64,000 bases of DNA, from positions 35,148,715 to 35,212,714 of the forward strand of contig NC_092378.1 in NCBI RefSeq assembly GCF_030028105.1, in the 5' to 3' direction. A program made the position numbers and the translations under genes. Under the pieces are notes generated by a model that saw only the letters and a list, made by a program, of their open reading frames with translations, was not told where the DNA came from and ran no database searches. Below, piece by piece: positions 11,966-23,308 of this stretch; position 1 is the first letter of the stretch, and every line of letters starts with the position of its first letter. The DNA comes from Mobula birostris. Its lineage: Eukaryota.

Positions 11966-14249
11966 GATGTTTGGAGATGTGGCTGTGGGGTGCTGCATGC
12001 ATTGTCCTTGGATGGTTAACATGTAGAGTGTGTATTATAAAGTAGGAGTAAAATGAGGAAGAGAAATCCCTGATGCACAAATTTCATGACAAAGTCTCCT
12101 TCAGTTATATGCATTACTCCCTCTCCATAATACTCAGCTTGGCTTCCTTAAAGTGGGAACAGAGAGAAGACGACTGTTTTTGCATTGTTTGCTGATGTGT
12201 GCAATTAGGGAGAAATGTTGGTTTTCAGAGCTATTTTAAAAATGGTAGAATATATTGTGGGTAATATGTGAGCTGTTGGAAAGTAGGAAGTCCATTGTAC
12301 ATAAGCAGGGAGAAGACAAGTTAAAGTGAAAAGTGATGCTGTGATTTAGGATTAATTTAATGAATCAGTAAGACAACTCGCATGAGTATCCCCTGAGGAA
12401 ATAATGGATTGTTTATGAGACCAGTTTTTAGGAAGTGTTTAGATACAATTCCTATCTTTTTAAATTTGCACCAACAATTTTAAATAATTTAAACACTAAA
12501 ATTATTTCTCTGTAAAAGGTGCATCAGCCTCTCTGTGTTAACTGACAGAAGATGCTGATAATTGCACTCCAATTATTGTATGCTGTAGTTGTGACCTGTG
12601 CAATGGGTTTTATTGTTGCACATGTTTCAAAACAAATTAGATATCTGATTATACTTTTATTTCATGAATAGTTATCTGACTTTTACTAAGATGATTGCAG
12701 CCAGCAAAACTGACTTTATCAAAAATCAAAAACATGATTTTACTTGTCCTTGATTATGGATAATTTCTCGTATTAAATAGGGCCTCATTGATGTTAAATG
12801 TCACAAGTAAGGGATTATTCTGACGTTATTTTAAATACATATTCTCTTACACAAAATAGAGTAGATCCAGTCCTTTTTTTCACTTTTGTTCCTTGCCAAA
12901 CACACCTTTCAACAGCACACAGTTAAGATGGGGAATTCTGGGTGATCAGACTGGTCGCAGGCAACAGTAATGCTTGGCTGGCCGTCATAGGTGACTACTT
13001 CTGTGATCATTCCTTCCCCCCACAGAGTAATGCTGACCTCCTCTTGGTGCCACCCTGTGCAGCACAGATAAGGTCAGGAAATCAGCAGGAGAGGTGATTC
13101 AGCTTGCACCACTTTCCTTTCTGCTCTGTACAGTGCCAATCTGATGTTTACTTGGGCAACAATCTTCACATTGCTCTGTTTTAATGGGAGGAAAAAGAAT
13201 CTAGATTAAACCAATCTATCCTGCACGAGCTTGCCATTTACTTGCAGCTGTATTTTTATTTTGATTAACCTTTTTGCTAATGTACTATGTTTCATCACTC
13301 TCAACTGGTTTTGCAGACAATGTCAAAGTCCATAGGTGTAGTGACTTGCAACTTCATGTTGAGACTTCATTGAAACTTAGCCACTGTGTATGAAGCAGAC
13401 AGCAGATGATTAATAACACAGGTCATAATTATGCTTTACGTAAAATTCTCCTTCAAGGCATGGTTAGGCTCACAGTCCTGTTTTAATAACAAATGGCATC
13501 TCTAGATTAATGTGATTGTGGTGCTTCAGTCAGTGATTTGTACCTGAGATTTAAGCACAACTATTTAAATAACAAAGTTACAAAATTTGTGAAGAGAATT
13601 TTTCACGAATATTATTTTGAGCTTGTGCATTAAGACTTAAACCTGAAGTTTTTAACCTGGAATCTCCATCTGAAAGTTCACATTTGTTTCGAGTGCAATT
13701 ATTTTGAACCTAAAAAGAATAGCTTTTTGTAATATTTCTTCCCTCCATTTAAAATCTTAACTTTAACCACTTACTGCATGGACATGCTAATGTGTGCAAT
13801 GTGTGGCATAAATTTGTATGTGTAGTTGCCTCATTTAGTCAACTGCCAATTTTGATTGAAGTGCTTAGTGGAGCAGTTGCTTCCTAGCCCCCAGGCCAAT
13901 AAGGAGAATGGAGTGGGATTTTTTTCTGTACAAGTCTGTGCAATTGGTGTTGAAGTGTCAATGTGATGAGGCTGTCATTCCTGCGAGGGAGGGAGTATAA
14001 AGAGCAAGACTTGATCAACAAGCCCCTGGCCCCAAGCAGAGCTGACAGGGATCTGGGGTAATAGGTTACCTGCCTGCTTACTCACCCTAGAAGTAATATT
14101 TCCACACCCTTTTGGAGAAGGGGGGGGAATAAATGGAAGATTTATACAATGCCTGATATATTGCTGAGTGCCTTCATTATCATGGGGCACCCTAAATGAT
14201 GTCTGAAAAATTATATTTGAAAAGTACTATTTTTTTATATTCTGTACAG

Positions 14250-14313
14250 GTTCGTCATTTGGGAGGCATTCCGCTCATCTTGGACAACTGCAACATTGAT
14301 GATAATAACCCTT
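14250..14313 (+). CDS. ATXN10: ATXN10 penultimate coding exon (equivalent to human exon 10), VRHLGGIPLILDNCNIDDNNP+T
   Basis: U2-type acceptor tttttttatattctgtacAG at 14230-14249. Translation matches the ataxin-10 C-terminal motif (human VNELDGIPLILDNCNISDSNPF, from memory). Ends in phase 1 at GTATCCTTT. Too short for the ORF track. Confidence 0.95.
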
Positions 14314-14322
14314 GTATCCTTT
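14314..14322 (+). promoter_or_regulatory. U12 5' splice site GTATCCTTT
   Basis: Exact match to the U12 donor consensus RTATCCTTT directly after the exon. Confidence 0.93.
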
Positions 14323-15164
14323 TTCAAAGTATCTACTATGTTGGTTTTCTGTAAAAAGGCCTTTTGCATCACCTGATAACACTTAACCAAGATAAATGGT
14401 TGTGAAATATAATGCCAGCAATTTTATATACTGCATGTCTACACAATATTAAAAAGTGTTGTTTCTTGGTATTGTTGGATCAGCATTTTAGTGAAATTTG
14501 TGATTGCCAAAGATGTGGATGCTTGCATTTTCTGACCTCTTGGGAGCATTTGGTGTTTGCGATCCGGGTTTAGGATGCAAAGTTAAATGGAGTAGCATAT
14601 GCCTAAAATTGCAAAGCAAGTCTGCTTTGTACCTAGAAAAAAGATTTTACCAGTGTATTTTGTCTGTGATTTGACTGACTTGGAGAAACTTGGAGCTCCG
14701 CTTTGGAGGAAGTCTTTTGCCTTGATCTTTAATTCTCCTGAGTGTCATCATTTAAAAACTGCATGATTTCAGAAATATTCTTTCTACTATTCTTGCCAAA
14801 ATGAATCATTTTATAAGTCATCATATTATACTAGCTTTGATTATGCCCACCTATTCAACCTATCAAAAGCCTTAGTTCACATTCTACATTCTCCTCACAG
14901 TTTACTGTCCTAACTACCTTTGTTTCTTGAGTAAATTTGGATATATTGCATCCCATACCTTTAAATTGCTGCCCCAGTACTAATCCCTGGGCCACCCCAA
15001 TTAGCAATGTTGTTTTGAAACCTACTTTCAAGACCTTCAATGAACCACATACCTGGTTTTGTCAATTTTATTGTTCCTGCATAGACCAAAGTTATTGTAT
15101 CCTTTTCCACTCTGCAGCCTTGTGGAGATATCTTTATTCTAACACCAGACAGACAAGTCAGTTA

Positions 15165-15381
15165 CAAGAGAAAATCTGCAGATGCTGGAAGGAAATCTGA
15201 GCAACGTGCTGTAGGGATTCAGCAGGCCAGGCAGCATCTATGGAAAAGAGTACAGTCGACGTTTCGGGCCCAAACCCTTCAGCAGGACAAGCCAGTTATT
15301 TGTCTTCCAATCACAAACAAGAGAAAATCTGCAGATGCAGGAAATCCAGCCTGCTGAGTTCTTCCAGATTTTGTGTGTGTT
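15165..15381. mobile_element. Compound Penelope-like end element (two partial units)
   Basis: Two acaagagaaaatctgcagatgc starts; flanking repeats gacaagYcagtta (15152-15164, 15286-15298) and gccagttatt (15382-15391). Confidence 0.7.
15255..15288 (-). ncRNA. Minimal type I hammerhead-like motif, A6C core variant
   Basis: Minus strand GTC-CTGCTGA-AGGGTTTGGGCCC-GAAAC-GTC-GAC; stems I and II can pair. Confidence 0.5.
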
Positions 15382-17417
15382 GCCAGTTATTCGTTTTAAT
15401 TTGTTCATTGGATTTGTTTTTCAACTCATTGATTTAACCTGTTTACCCTCCTCAAAGTTCCATTTTCACTGGATCCTTGAATTTCTCCACTAATTCCTAA
15501 GAATAAAATTTTAAAAAGAAGAAAATTCTGAAAATACTCAGCAAGCCGTATTACTGACAAAAGAATAGGGATGTCAGCCTTGCTTTGGTCTCTACAGGTA
15601 CTATTTGCTCTGTGGTTTTATTTCAGCATTTTCAGTATTAGTATTTCAGGTTTCCTGCATTTGCTGTATTGCACTTTTGGGTTCTGTTTTTCAAGCATCT
15701 TGTCCATCTTTACCTTAAATATGTTTTCATGTGAAGTTGAATGACCATGAAAGAGCACCACCAAGAGAAAAGGAATGGAATGGTGAAAATCTTTCTTTTA
15801 TTTGTACATGACTTATTACTGATACCCTCTATCCCCGCCCCCCACCTTCTTCACCAGTACCTTCACCTAATGGATCTCACTAAAGTTCACGTAAATCAGT
15901 TTGAAGAAAGGGAGTGAACTGATCTTAAAGCTCTTCTTCGACCATTTGATTATCTGTGAGCTTGTCAATTTACTGCAGTTATCTCCATTGTCTGAAGTGC
16001 CTAAGAATGCCTCAGGGATAAAGTTAGGGGTTAAGGAGAAAGAATTGTTGTGAATCAAAGTTTAATTAAAGGCCAGGACATTGCTGGCCAAGAGGTATAA
16101 TTTAGTTTAAAGAAAATAAAGAGCTAAATAGAGATGTCTGAAAACAAGTATAAAAGGTTTCATTTTATTTTGAGGTTTAGCAAAGAAAATACTTGGGCAA
16201 TGAAAGGAATAGAGTTTTTTTAATGTAGTGATTATTGAAATATATAATGACTAATAGCACTGCTGATTTTCCTCCTCTTTAATTGGGTGGACAACATTTA
16301 AATGGTTTGCAGGGTTGGGAAAATGGTACAATATTGAGGATTGTTGTGTTTATGTCTTCTGCTATATTCTGAGGTTTGATTGTGTTGTTAAATTGGAGGA
16401 GGTATGGTTAGACTATATTTTGCCTGTGATACCTAGGTAACTGTTTACAGACAGCTGGATTGCTTTTGATTTGAGATAGGGGCAATCCAATTAGTCACAC
16501 AGTATTTCAAGATCAGAGGAACTGAGAACAAAGGATAAATTGCATATAGACCAAACTAAATTGATACTGAGAATATTAAATGACGATAAATTGCTTTATG
16601 ATTCAATTTTTTTTCAGCGTAGCCACTGATTAAAAATGTTTTGCCACTTGTAATTACCTTCCTTAAGTAATGACAGAAGTTGAATAAATACTCTGAATGT
16701 TTCCATGATCAGCATCAACTCAGTCTGTTGAAGTTAAATTTGAGTACATCCTAATATATAGTATAATGTTTGACTAGATTATTCTTAGATCAAAGAGAAA
16801 AACAATTAGAATCTAGGATCTGCTGCCCTTGATCACTGCCATACTATTCTGTTGACCTTACCTGGACATACTGCTAAATGGAAGGTGGATAAGAATTAAA
16901 ATCTTGTCCTTCCAAAACCACACCCATCCCACCCCCTGTGCTTCCACTCGTAGCCATTTGCGTAGATCTTTATGCATGGTACTGGTTGACTGTCGATTGT
17001 TTCTTGCTAATAATCCTCAGTTGTTTTCAGTTACAGTTGCTTTGGTCTATGTCAGAGTAATTTGGAATGCTTGATAACTTCAGAGTTCCTGATAGTGCCT
17101 AGTGTACCTTTCTTTTTGACATGCATATGATCCATCCTCATGATAGAATGACGTTATGGACATAGAAGATGGTGCAACATGGAGTTGCTAGTAAAAACTA
17201 CAGTGTTCCAGTCCCCATTGTGGGTTAAACCACTTAGCATAGGCTTTGACTCCCTACTGTTGAAGGATCTACTGTTTTGTGACCTGCCAGGTTGTTGTCC
17301 TGACAGGCTCAATGTAGAGCCAGAGCACTGAGGATGAGAAGGTCAATTTTTCTAAATCAAAATCTATTCCATTTAGCTACAAAAGTAGAAATTAGAGCTG
17401 CATTTTTTTCCAATAAC

Positions 17418-17584
17418 NNNNNNNNNNNNNNNNNNNNNNNNNNNNNNNNNNNNNNNNNNNNNNNNNNNNNNNNNNNNNNNNNNNNNNNNNNNNNNNNNNN
17501 NNNNNNNNNNNNNNNNNNNNNNNNNNNNNNNNNNNNNNNNNNNNNNNNNNNNNNNNNNNNNNNNNNNNNNNNNNNNNNNNNNNN
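17418..17584. other. Assembly gap
   Basis: Run of N. Confidence 1.
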
Positions 17585-17585
17585 T

Positions 17586-19132
17586 GACTTTATTTCTTAC
17601 AACTTTCACATACATGAGAAGTAAAAATCTTTACATTATGTCTCTGTCTAAATGTGCAATGTGCAATCATAGTAATTTATAATAAATAGAACAGTCAATG
17701 TAACATAGAAATACACTCAGATCAGCGTGAGTTAATTGGTCTGATGGCCTGGTGGAAGAAGCTGTTCTGGAGCCTTTTATGCTGCGGTAAAATTTCCAGG
17801 ATGGGATGGCAGCAGCTGGAATAGATTGTGATTGGGTTCACTCGGGTCCCCAATGATACTTCAGGCCCTTTTCTCACACCTGTCTTTGTAAATGTCCTGA
17901 ATCATGGGAAGTTCACAACTACAGGTGTGCTGGGCTGTCCGCGCTACTCTGCAGAACCCTGTGATTAAGGGAGGTACAGTTCCCATACCAGGCAGTGATG
18001 CAGTCAGTCAGGATGCTGTCATTTGTGCCCCTGTAGGAAGTTCATAGGATTTGGGGGCCCATACCAAACTTCCTCAACCGTCTGAGGTGGAAGAGGTGAT
18101 GTTGTGCTTTTTTCGTCACACAGCTGGTGTGTACAGACCACGTGAGGTCCTCAGTGATGTGGATGCCAAGGAACTTAAAGCTGTTTACTCTCTCAACCTC
18201 AGATCCATTGATGTCAATAGGGGTTAGTCCGTCTCCATTCCTCCTGTAATCCACAACCAGCTCCTTTGTTTTTATGACATTGAGAGAGAGGTTGCTTTCT
18301 TGACACCACTGTGTCAGAGAGATGACTTCTTCCCTGTAGGCTACCTTGTTATTGTTTGAGATTAGGTCAATCAATGTAGTGTGGTTGGCAAATGTAATTA
18401 GCAGATTAGAGCTGTGGGTGGCGATACAGTCATGGGTATACAGGGAGTAAAGGAGGGGACTTAGTACACAGCCCTGAGGGGCTCCTGTTTTGAGAGTCAG
18501 GGGGTGGAGGTGAGGGAGCCCACCCTTACCAACCACTGGCGATCTGACAGGAAGTCCAGGATCCAGCTGCACAAGGCAGGGTCAAGGATGAGGTCTCTGA
18601 ACTTCCTGTCAAGCCTGGATAGAATTATGGTGTTGAATGCTGAACTGTAGCAGGCATGTGGGCACGTAGCAAAGTGGTTAAGGCATTGGACTAGCGCCAT
18701 GAAGGTCATGAGTTCGAGCCCCAGCGGAGACAGCGTGTTGTGTCCTTGAGCAAGACCCTTAAGGAGCAAGCGACGTCTGCGATGACACTGGTGCCAAGCT
18801 GTATCGGGCCTTGCCCTTCCCTTGGACAACATCGGTGTCGTAGAGAGGGGAGACTCGCAGCATGGGCAACTGCTGGTCTTCCATACAGAACAAAGACTTT
18901 CCACGCGCAGATCCATGGTCTCGTAAGACTTTCGGGTGCCTTAATTTAATTTAAGCAGGCATGTTGCTTAAACAGAGACAATGGTGGTTAATTTGAAGCA
19001 GGGCACTCTACACTCAGGGAGAGGGAAAGATTAAAAATGTCTGTAAGCACACCTGCCAGTTGTGCTGTGCACATCCTGAGTACCCGCACTGGGAAGCCCG
19101 CAGCCTTGCGGCTGTCCACTTGTTAGAATCAA
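17586..19132 (-). mobile_element. Rex1/Babar-type LINE, decayed, bounded by gaps, with a nested SINE
   Basis: ORF 18042..18572: GAPQGCVLSPLLYSLYTHDC...NVIKTKELVVDYRR...SFKFLGIHIT; YSSAFNTI motif in ORF 18497..18916. Confidence 0.88.
18660..18953 (+). mobile_element. tRNA-derived SINE with CORE-like domain and RTE-like tail
   Basis: Box A gtagcaaagtggttaagg, box B gagttcgagccc, gtgtccttgagcaagacccttaa, (TTAAT)n tail; TSD agcaggcatgt at 18649-18659 and 18954-18964. Confidence 0.85.
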
Positions 19133-19267
19133 NNNNNNNNNNNNNNNNNNNNNNNNNNNNNNNNNNNNNNNNNNNNNNNNNNNNNNNNNNNNNNNNNNNN
19201 NNNNNNNNNNNNNNNNNNNNNNNNNNNNNNNNNNNNNNNNNNNNNNNNNNNNNNNNNNNNNNNNNNN
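19133..19267. other. Assembly gap
   Basis: Run of N. Confidence 1.
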
Positions 19268-22200
19268 CTCTTGTTGGAATTTTAAAACAGTAGCACTAAC
19301 TCACACCCAAATCTGTCACCCACCTGTTTGACATGATTTATCAACACCACAAATTCTGATTATTTTTTCCAGTTGTTCCCTTATAGCTCCAGCAGCAATG
19401 CTGGTTTGATCCTTACTTCATTGTTGTGTGTGTAGACCCTGCACATTTTCCTTGTGACTGCGTGGAGCAACCTCAGGACTTCTAGTTTCCTCCCACATCT
19501 CCAAAAAAATATCCACTAGGTTGTCAGTGGTAATGCTGGTCATTTCTCATTCAATTTTCTCTTATCAAAAGCATGCAGAATTATTCAACATTTTCTTGCA
19601 TCTGATGTATCAGTCATTATCAAAACCAGAAATTCATGTTGATATTCACGCTTCAATTTTTGCATGCCATTTTTGCCTCATCTTACCTAATTACCTGTAT
19701 TTATTTTATACTTGGCATTTGGGTCCCATGCTGACTTAGATCAGGTTATGATCTCAACTACCATGTGATTTGTTGCCATAAGGGATTGGAGAGAAGTACT
19801 GAATGAGTAGAATAACTTGCACAGGGTATTCAAAAATGAAGTCCCATCATCAGAATCCTGCATAATTCTCAGCACCAAAAGATGGGGAGGTTGCAAGGCA
19901 CATGATTCTCAGTGCAGGAACCAAGGATCAAGATTTGAATCATTCACAGTAGAGATCAGGTCCTGGCAATGCCTGCACAGAAATACCAGGGTGGGAGAAC
20001 AGAATCTGGGTAATTCTTAGCACAAAACATTGGAGGTGGTGATCTATGTAACTACCAGTTTACAAATTCCATGTATCGGGTTCTTGAAAATTTCCAGTCC
20101 AAAAACGCAGAGAATAAATTCCTGTGCCTGGTTTCAGAGCTGCTTAAATCCCTGAAGTACTGGATTAGGGACTGAAACTATCCCTGACTTTATTTTCAAA
20201 TCTAATGCAATGTTTGCAGAAATAATGTTAGCTATTCATAATTCTCATGAACATCTACATTGCTCTTAAAATCTTGATCATGTATCAACTGGTTTGTTAA
20301 AAGATTTATATTTCATTCCTGTTTATGCCATAGTTTATAACATTAATGTTGCAGTTACATTTATGATATTAATGTTGTTAATTGGCAAGGAGCTGTTGAG
20401 TGACCAGCAACTCTCATGAGCTTAACATAGAAAAGGTGTTTTAAAAGATCATTCAGTAGTGCAGTTTAAAAAAAATAAGGTGGCAATACCTTACACCTGC
20501 CTGGTTTATTCTCCTTACCTACTACTCTGAGAAATCCTGTGACTGCTGCATCATTCCTGCTCTGAAATTTTATGTTCTACTGAAACTAAATGTCATATCT
20601 GTTTTTCAGGATTGGCAGTGTGCATAGGATAAGATTTGCATGTATATTCAATTCTGCAGAAAATGTTTATGCATTTAAAACTATGTTTTAAGTGCCATTA
20701 AGGATAGCATTTTGCTATTTTTTAAGTCCCCCCCCCCAGATGATTACTTAGGAGTATATTGAATACATTTTGGAATGTAAGTCCATAACATCTGAAAAGT
20801 TAAATTGTATTAGATTATTTAAATGTTTGGATTTATATTTACTTAACCTAAAAGGTCAGACTGACCTTCCCAAATGACTTAACAACATTTTGTTACTTCT
20901 TCCCAAGTTTATGCAATGTTTATTATTTTTCAATTTTAAAATAGGCTTTAGGAGGCTGTATAGATTATGATTTCTCCAACTTACTGAAAATAGGAAGATT
21001 TAGTAATGTAGCTGGGGGTATAGGTGTATCAAATTGAAGCAAATTTTGCCTGTATTCCACATCTATCAGAAGAAATGTTCATATGTGCTATATACGCACT
21101 GCAACTTAAATTTGTATAAGGTTTGAAAGTTAATTTTAAACTACTTTAATATATAATTTTACTTGTGCTGGTCAGTGTCCATCACACTCTTTTAATGGTG
21201 TGTTTATAAATAATAAGGGTTGGTTGGAAGGAAAATTGTTGATTGTAATGGCAATATTCCAAGATTGCCAAAGATCCTGCTGCTTCAGGAAAACCTCAGC
21301 TGAACATTGTCAGTGGCAGGAACTAGAGCTAGCCAACCAGTTAGCAATTTGAAGGGTTTGCTCAAGAGATGTTTCTGCCCAAATACCAGAACTGATTTCT
21401 TGAGGAACTGACCGAGGTTGCCTTTACAGGGAGTGAAGTGCCTTCTAAAAGGTAATGGACTGGAACTGAATAGGCTTGTACTGTAATAACAGTGCTTCTG
21501 AATAGAAATCTTTACACAACAAAAGCATCAGTGTGATTTACACTTCTAAAAAGATGAACCGTAAAGTCAGACTTTAACAGCTTTCTGCACTGTGCTGCTG
21601 TTTACAGCCAGGAAACAAAGACGTGGCGCTGAAAAGGAGCCAAAGTTCACTACTGAGTTGATTCTAATTAGGTTGATGCAGATTAGCAACTGACTGTTTG
21701 TGACCTGCATTGAAATAAGAGGTTAGAAATGCAGCTGAAGAAAATATTTATTATTAGCTAATATTGATCAATGTATAGGGGTATGTGGTACAGGAAATCT
21801 GATTATTTGGATTTGCTGCTTGTGAATTCAGGTGCTAGTTAGGTAGTAGTAGACATTAATTTCTGTCAGGATTGGTTTTATAAAATCTATTGAGGTGGAT
21901 GTGAAGATTGTGAATTTTCAATAACTATGGCATTGCAGACAGAATTGAGAAGAAGTGCAGTATTCAAGTCAGGGAAGGTTCAAATGGGGGTGGAGGTTGA
22001 TAATGAAAATGTCTGAATGGGGTGCAGCTTGCACAGAGACCAAATGATGTGAATTTGGTGATGGTGGAACTTTGGTGTAGAGTGGAAAGTTGATGTTATT
22101 TGTCTAATACTTATAGAGGTTCATGTTCACTTTGGGCTAAAATTAATTAAGCTCTGTGTAGTATAAATCATGGGAAGCATGGATGTTTCATTGAAAGTGT

Positions 22201-22349
22201 ATGGAAGTTTGGAGGGTAATTAAAAGTAGTTTGTGTAACTTTTATGAGATGAACTGAATACTTAAAAATGAACAGGCTTTCAAGTAATTAGAAACCTCAA
22301 CCAACTGAATATACAAATCAAGTTTAGATTAGGAGACAGGACAAGTAAG

Positions 22350-22506
22350 TCTACAATCAATATTTGTATTTCAGCTAATTTATTTATATTTATTATGCTC
22401 TTTATTATTGTGTTCTTTATCTTATTTTTTTTGTGCTGGATTAACACTTAATTCATTCTCCTTTACACTTGTATACTGGTAATGACATTAAACAATCTTG
22501 AATCTT
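22350..22506 (+). mobile_element. Isolated 3' UTR/tail of a Rex1-type LINE
   Basis: ttctcctttacacttgtatactggtaatgacattaaacaatcttgaatctt matches the reverse complement of the element end at about 44050-44110 and of 58945-59000. Confidence 0.65.
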
Positions 22507-23132
22507 AAAACTGTGGTAGCCACAGCTTGGGGGAGTCAATGCAGAGAGAATTCTCCAGTCATACCTGAGTAGAAGTTATAAATATAACAAATGCCCATTA
22601 AGTAAGGGAAGCACATATCCAAAGCTAGCAAACTCTAGTGATGTAAACATGACATCAAATGATTAACAATGTAAATCAGAAATCACCCATTATAAGTCTT
22701 CCAGGAACAAAATAGAAAAGGATGAAGACAAGAAAATCAAAACAATTCTGTACTGCAACTGTTAGAATAGAGAAAGATTTTTTTATAACCTGCAAACCTT
22801 TAGCATTTGTAGAACAGGTTGAAACATATTAACACTGTATTTGTCAAGTCCTGAATCAGACTGTATAGTCATTTATTGTGAATGATTTTATTAAAACAGA
22901 TCCCCTTCTTTTGCTATTTGTAAATGGTCAGTGCAGAGTAATTTCGGTTTTCTGTATTGTACTTATCATTGTTTTTGGCCTTGTTGTAATAAGGAATTTT
23001 TTAACATAATATTTATATTCAGTTAAACATTATACCAGATGACAAAGCAAGAGATTTTATGTAAAAGTCACTTAGCCCATAAAACTAACCTGACTAGTTG
23101 AGTTCCATTTTAGAATGAACCATGTCCATTCC

Positions 23133-23308
23133 TCAAAGTTGCTGGTGAACGCAGCAGGCCAGGCAGCATCTCTAGGAAGAGGTACAGTCGACGTCTCAGC
23201 CCAAAACGTTGACTGTACCTCTTCCTAGAGATGCTGCCTGGCCTGTTGCATTCACCAGCAACTTTGATGTGTGTTTCTTGAATGTCCAGCATCTGCAGAA
23301 TTCCTGTT
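23133..23308. mobile_element. Palindromic Penelope-like end element forming a ~62-bp hairpin
   Basis: Arm 23133-23194 pairs with 23206-23267 around an 11-nt loop; near-identical to the copies at 36173 and 59146. Confidence 0.85.

Noticed and set aside
16659-16676. TTCCTTAAG...AG as a cryptic or recursive U12 acceptor
   Set aside because: Non-consensus last base, only about 10 nt to the AG, and no regenerated donor or open exon after it.
18660-18735. tRNA genes (also 40610-40682, 49640-49715, 59470-59540)
   Set aside because: These are SINE heads: A and B boxes run into SINE bodies with no complete cloverleaf or terminator.
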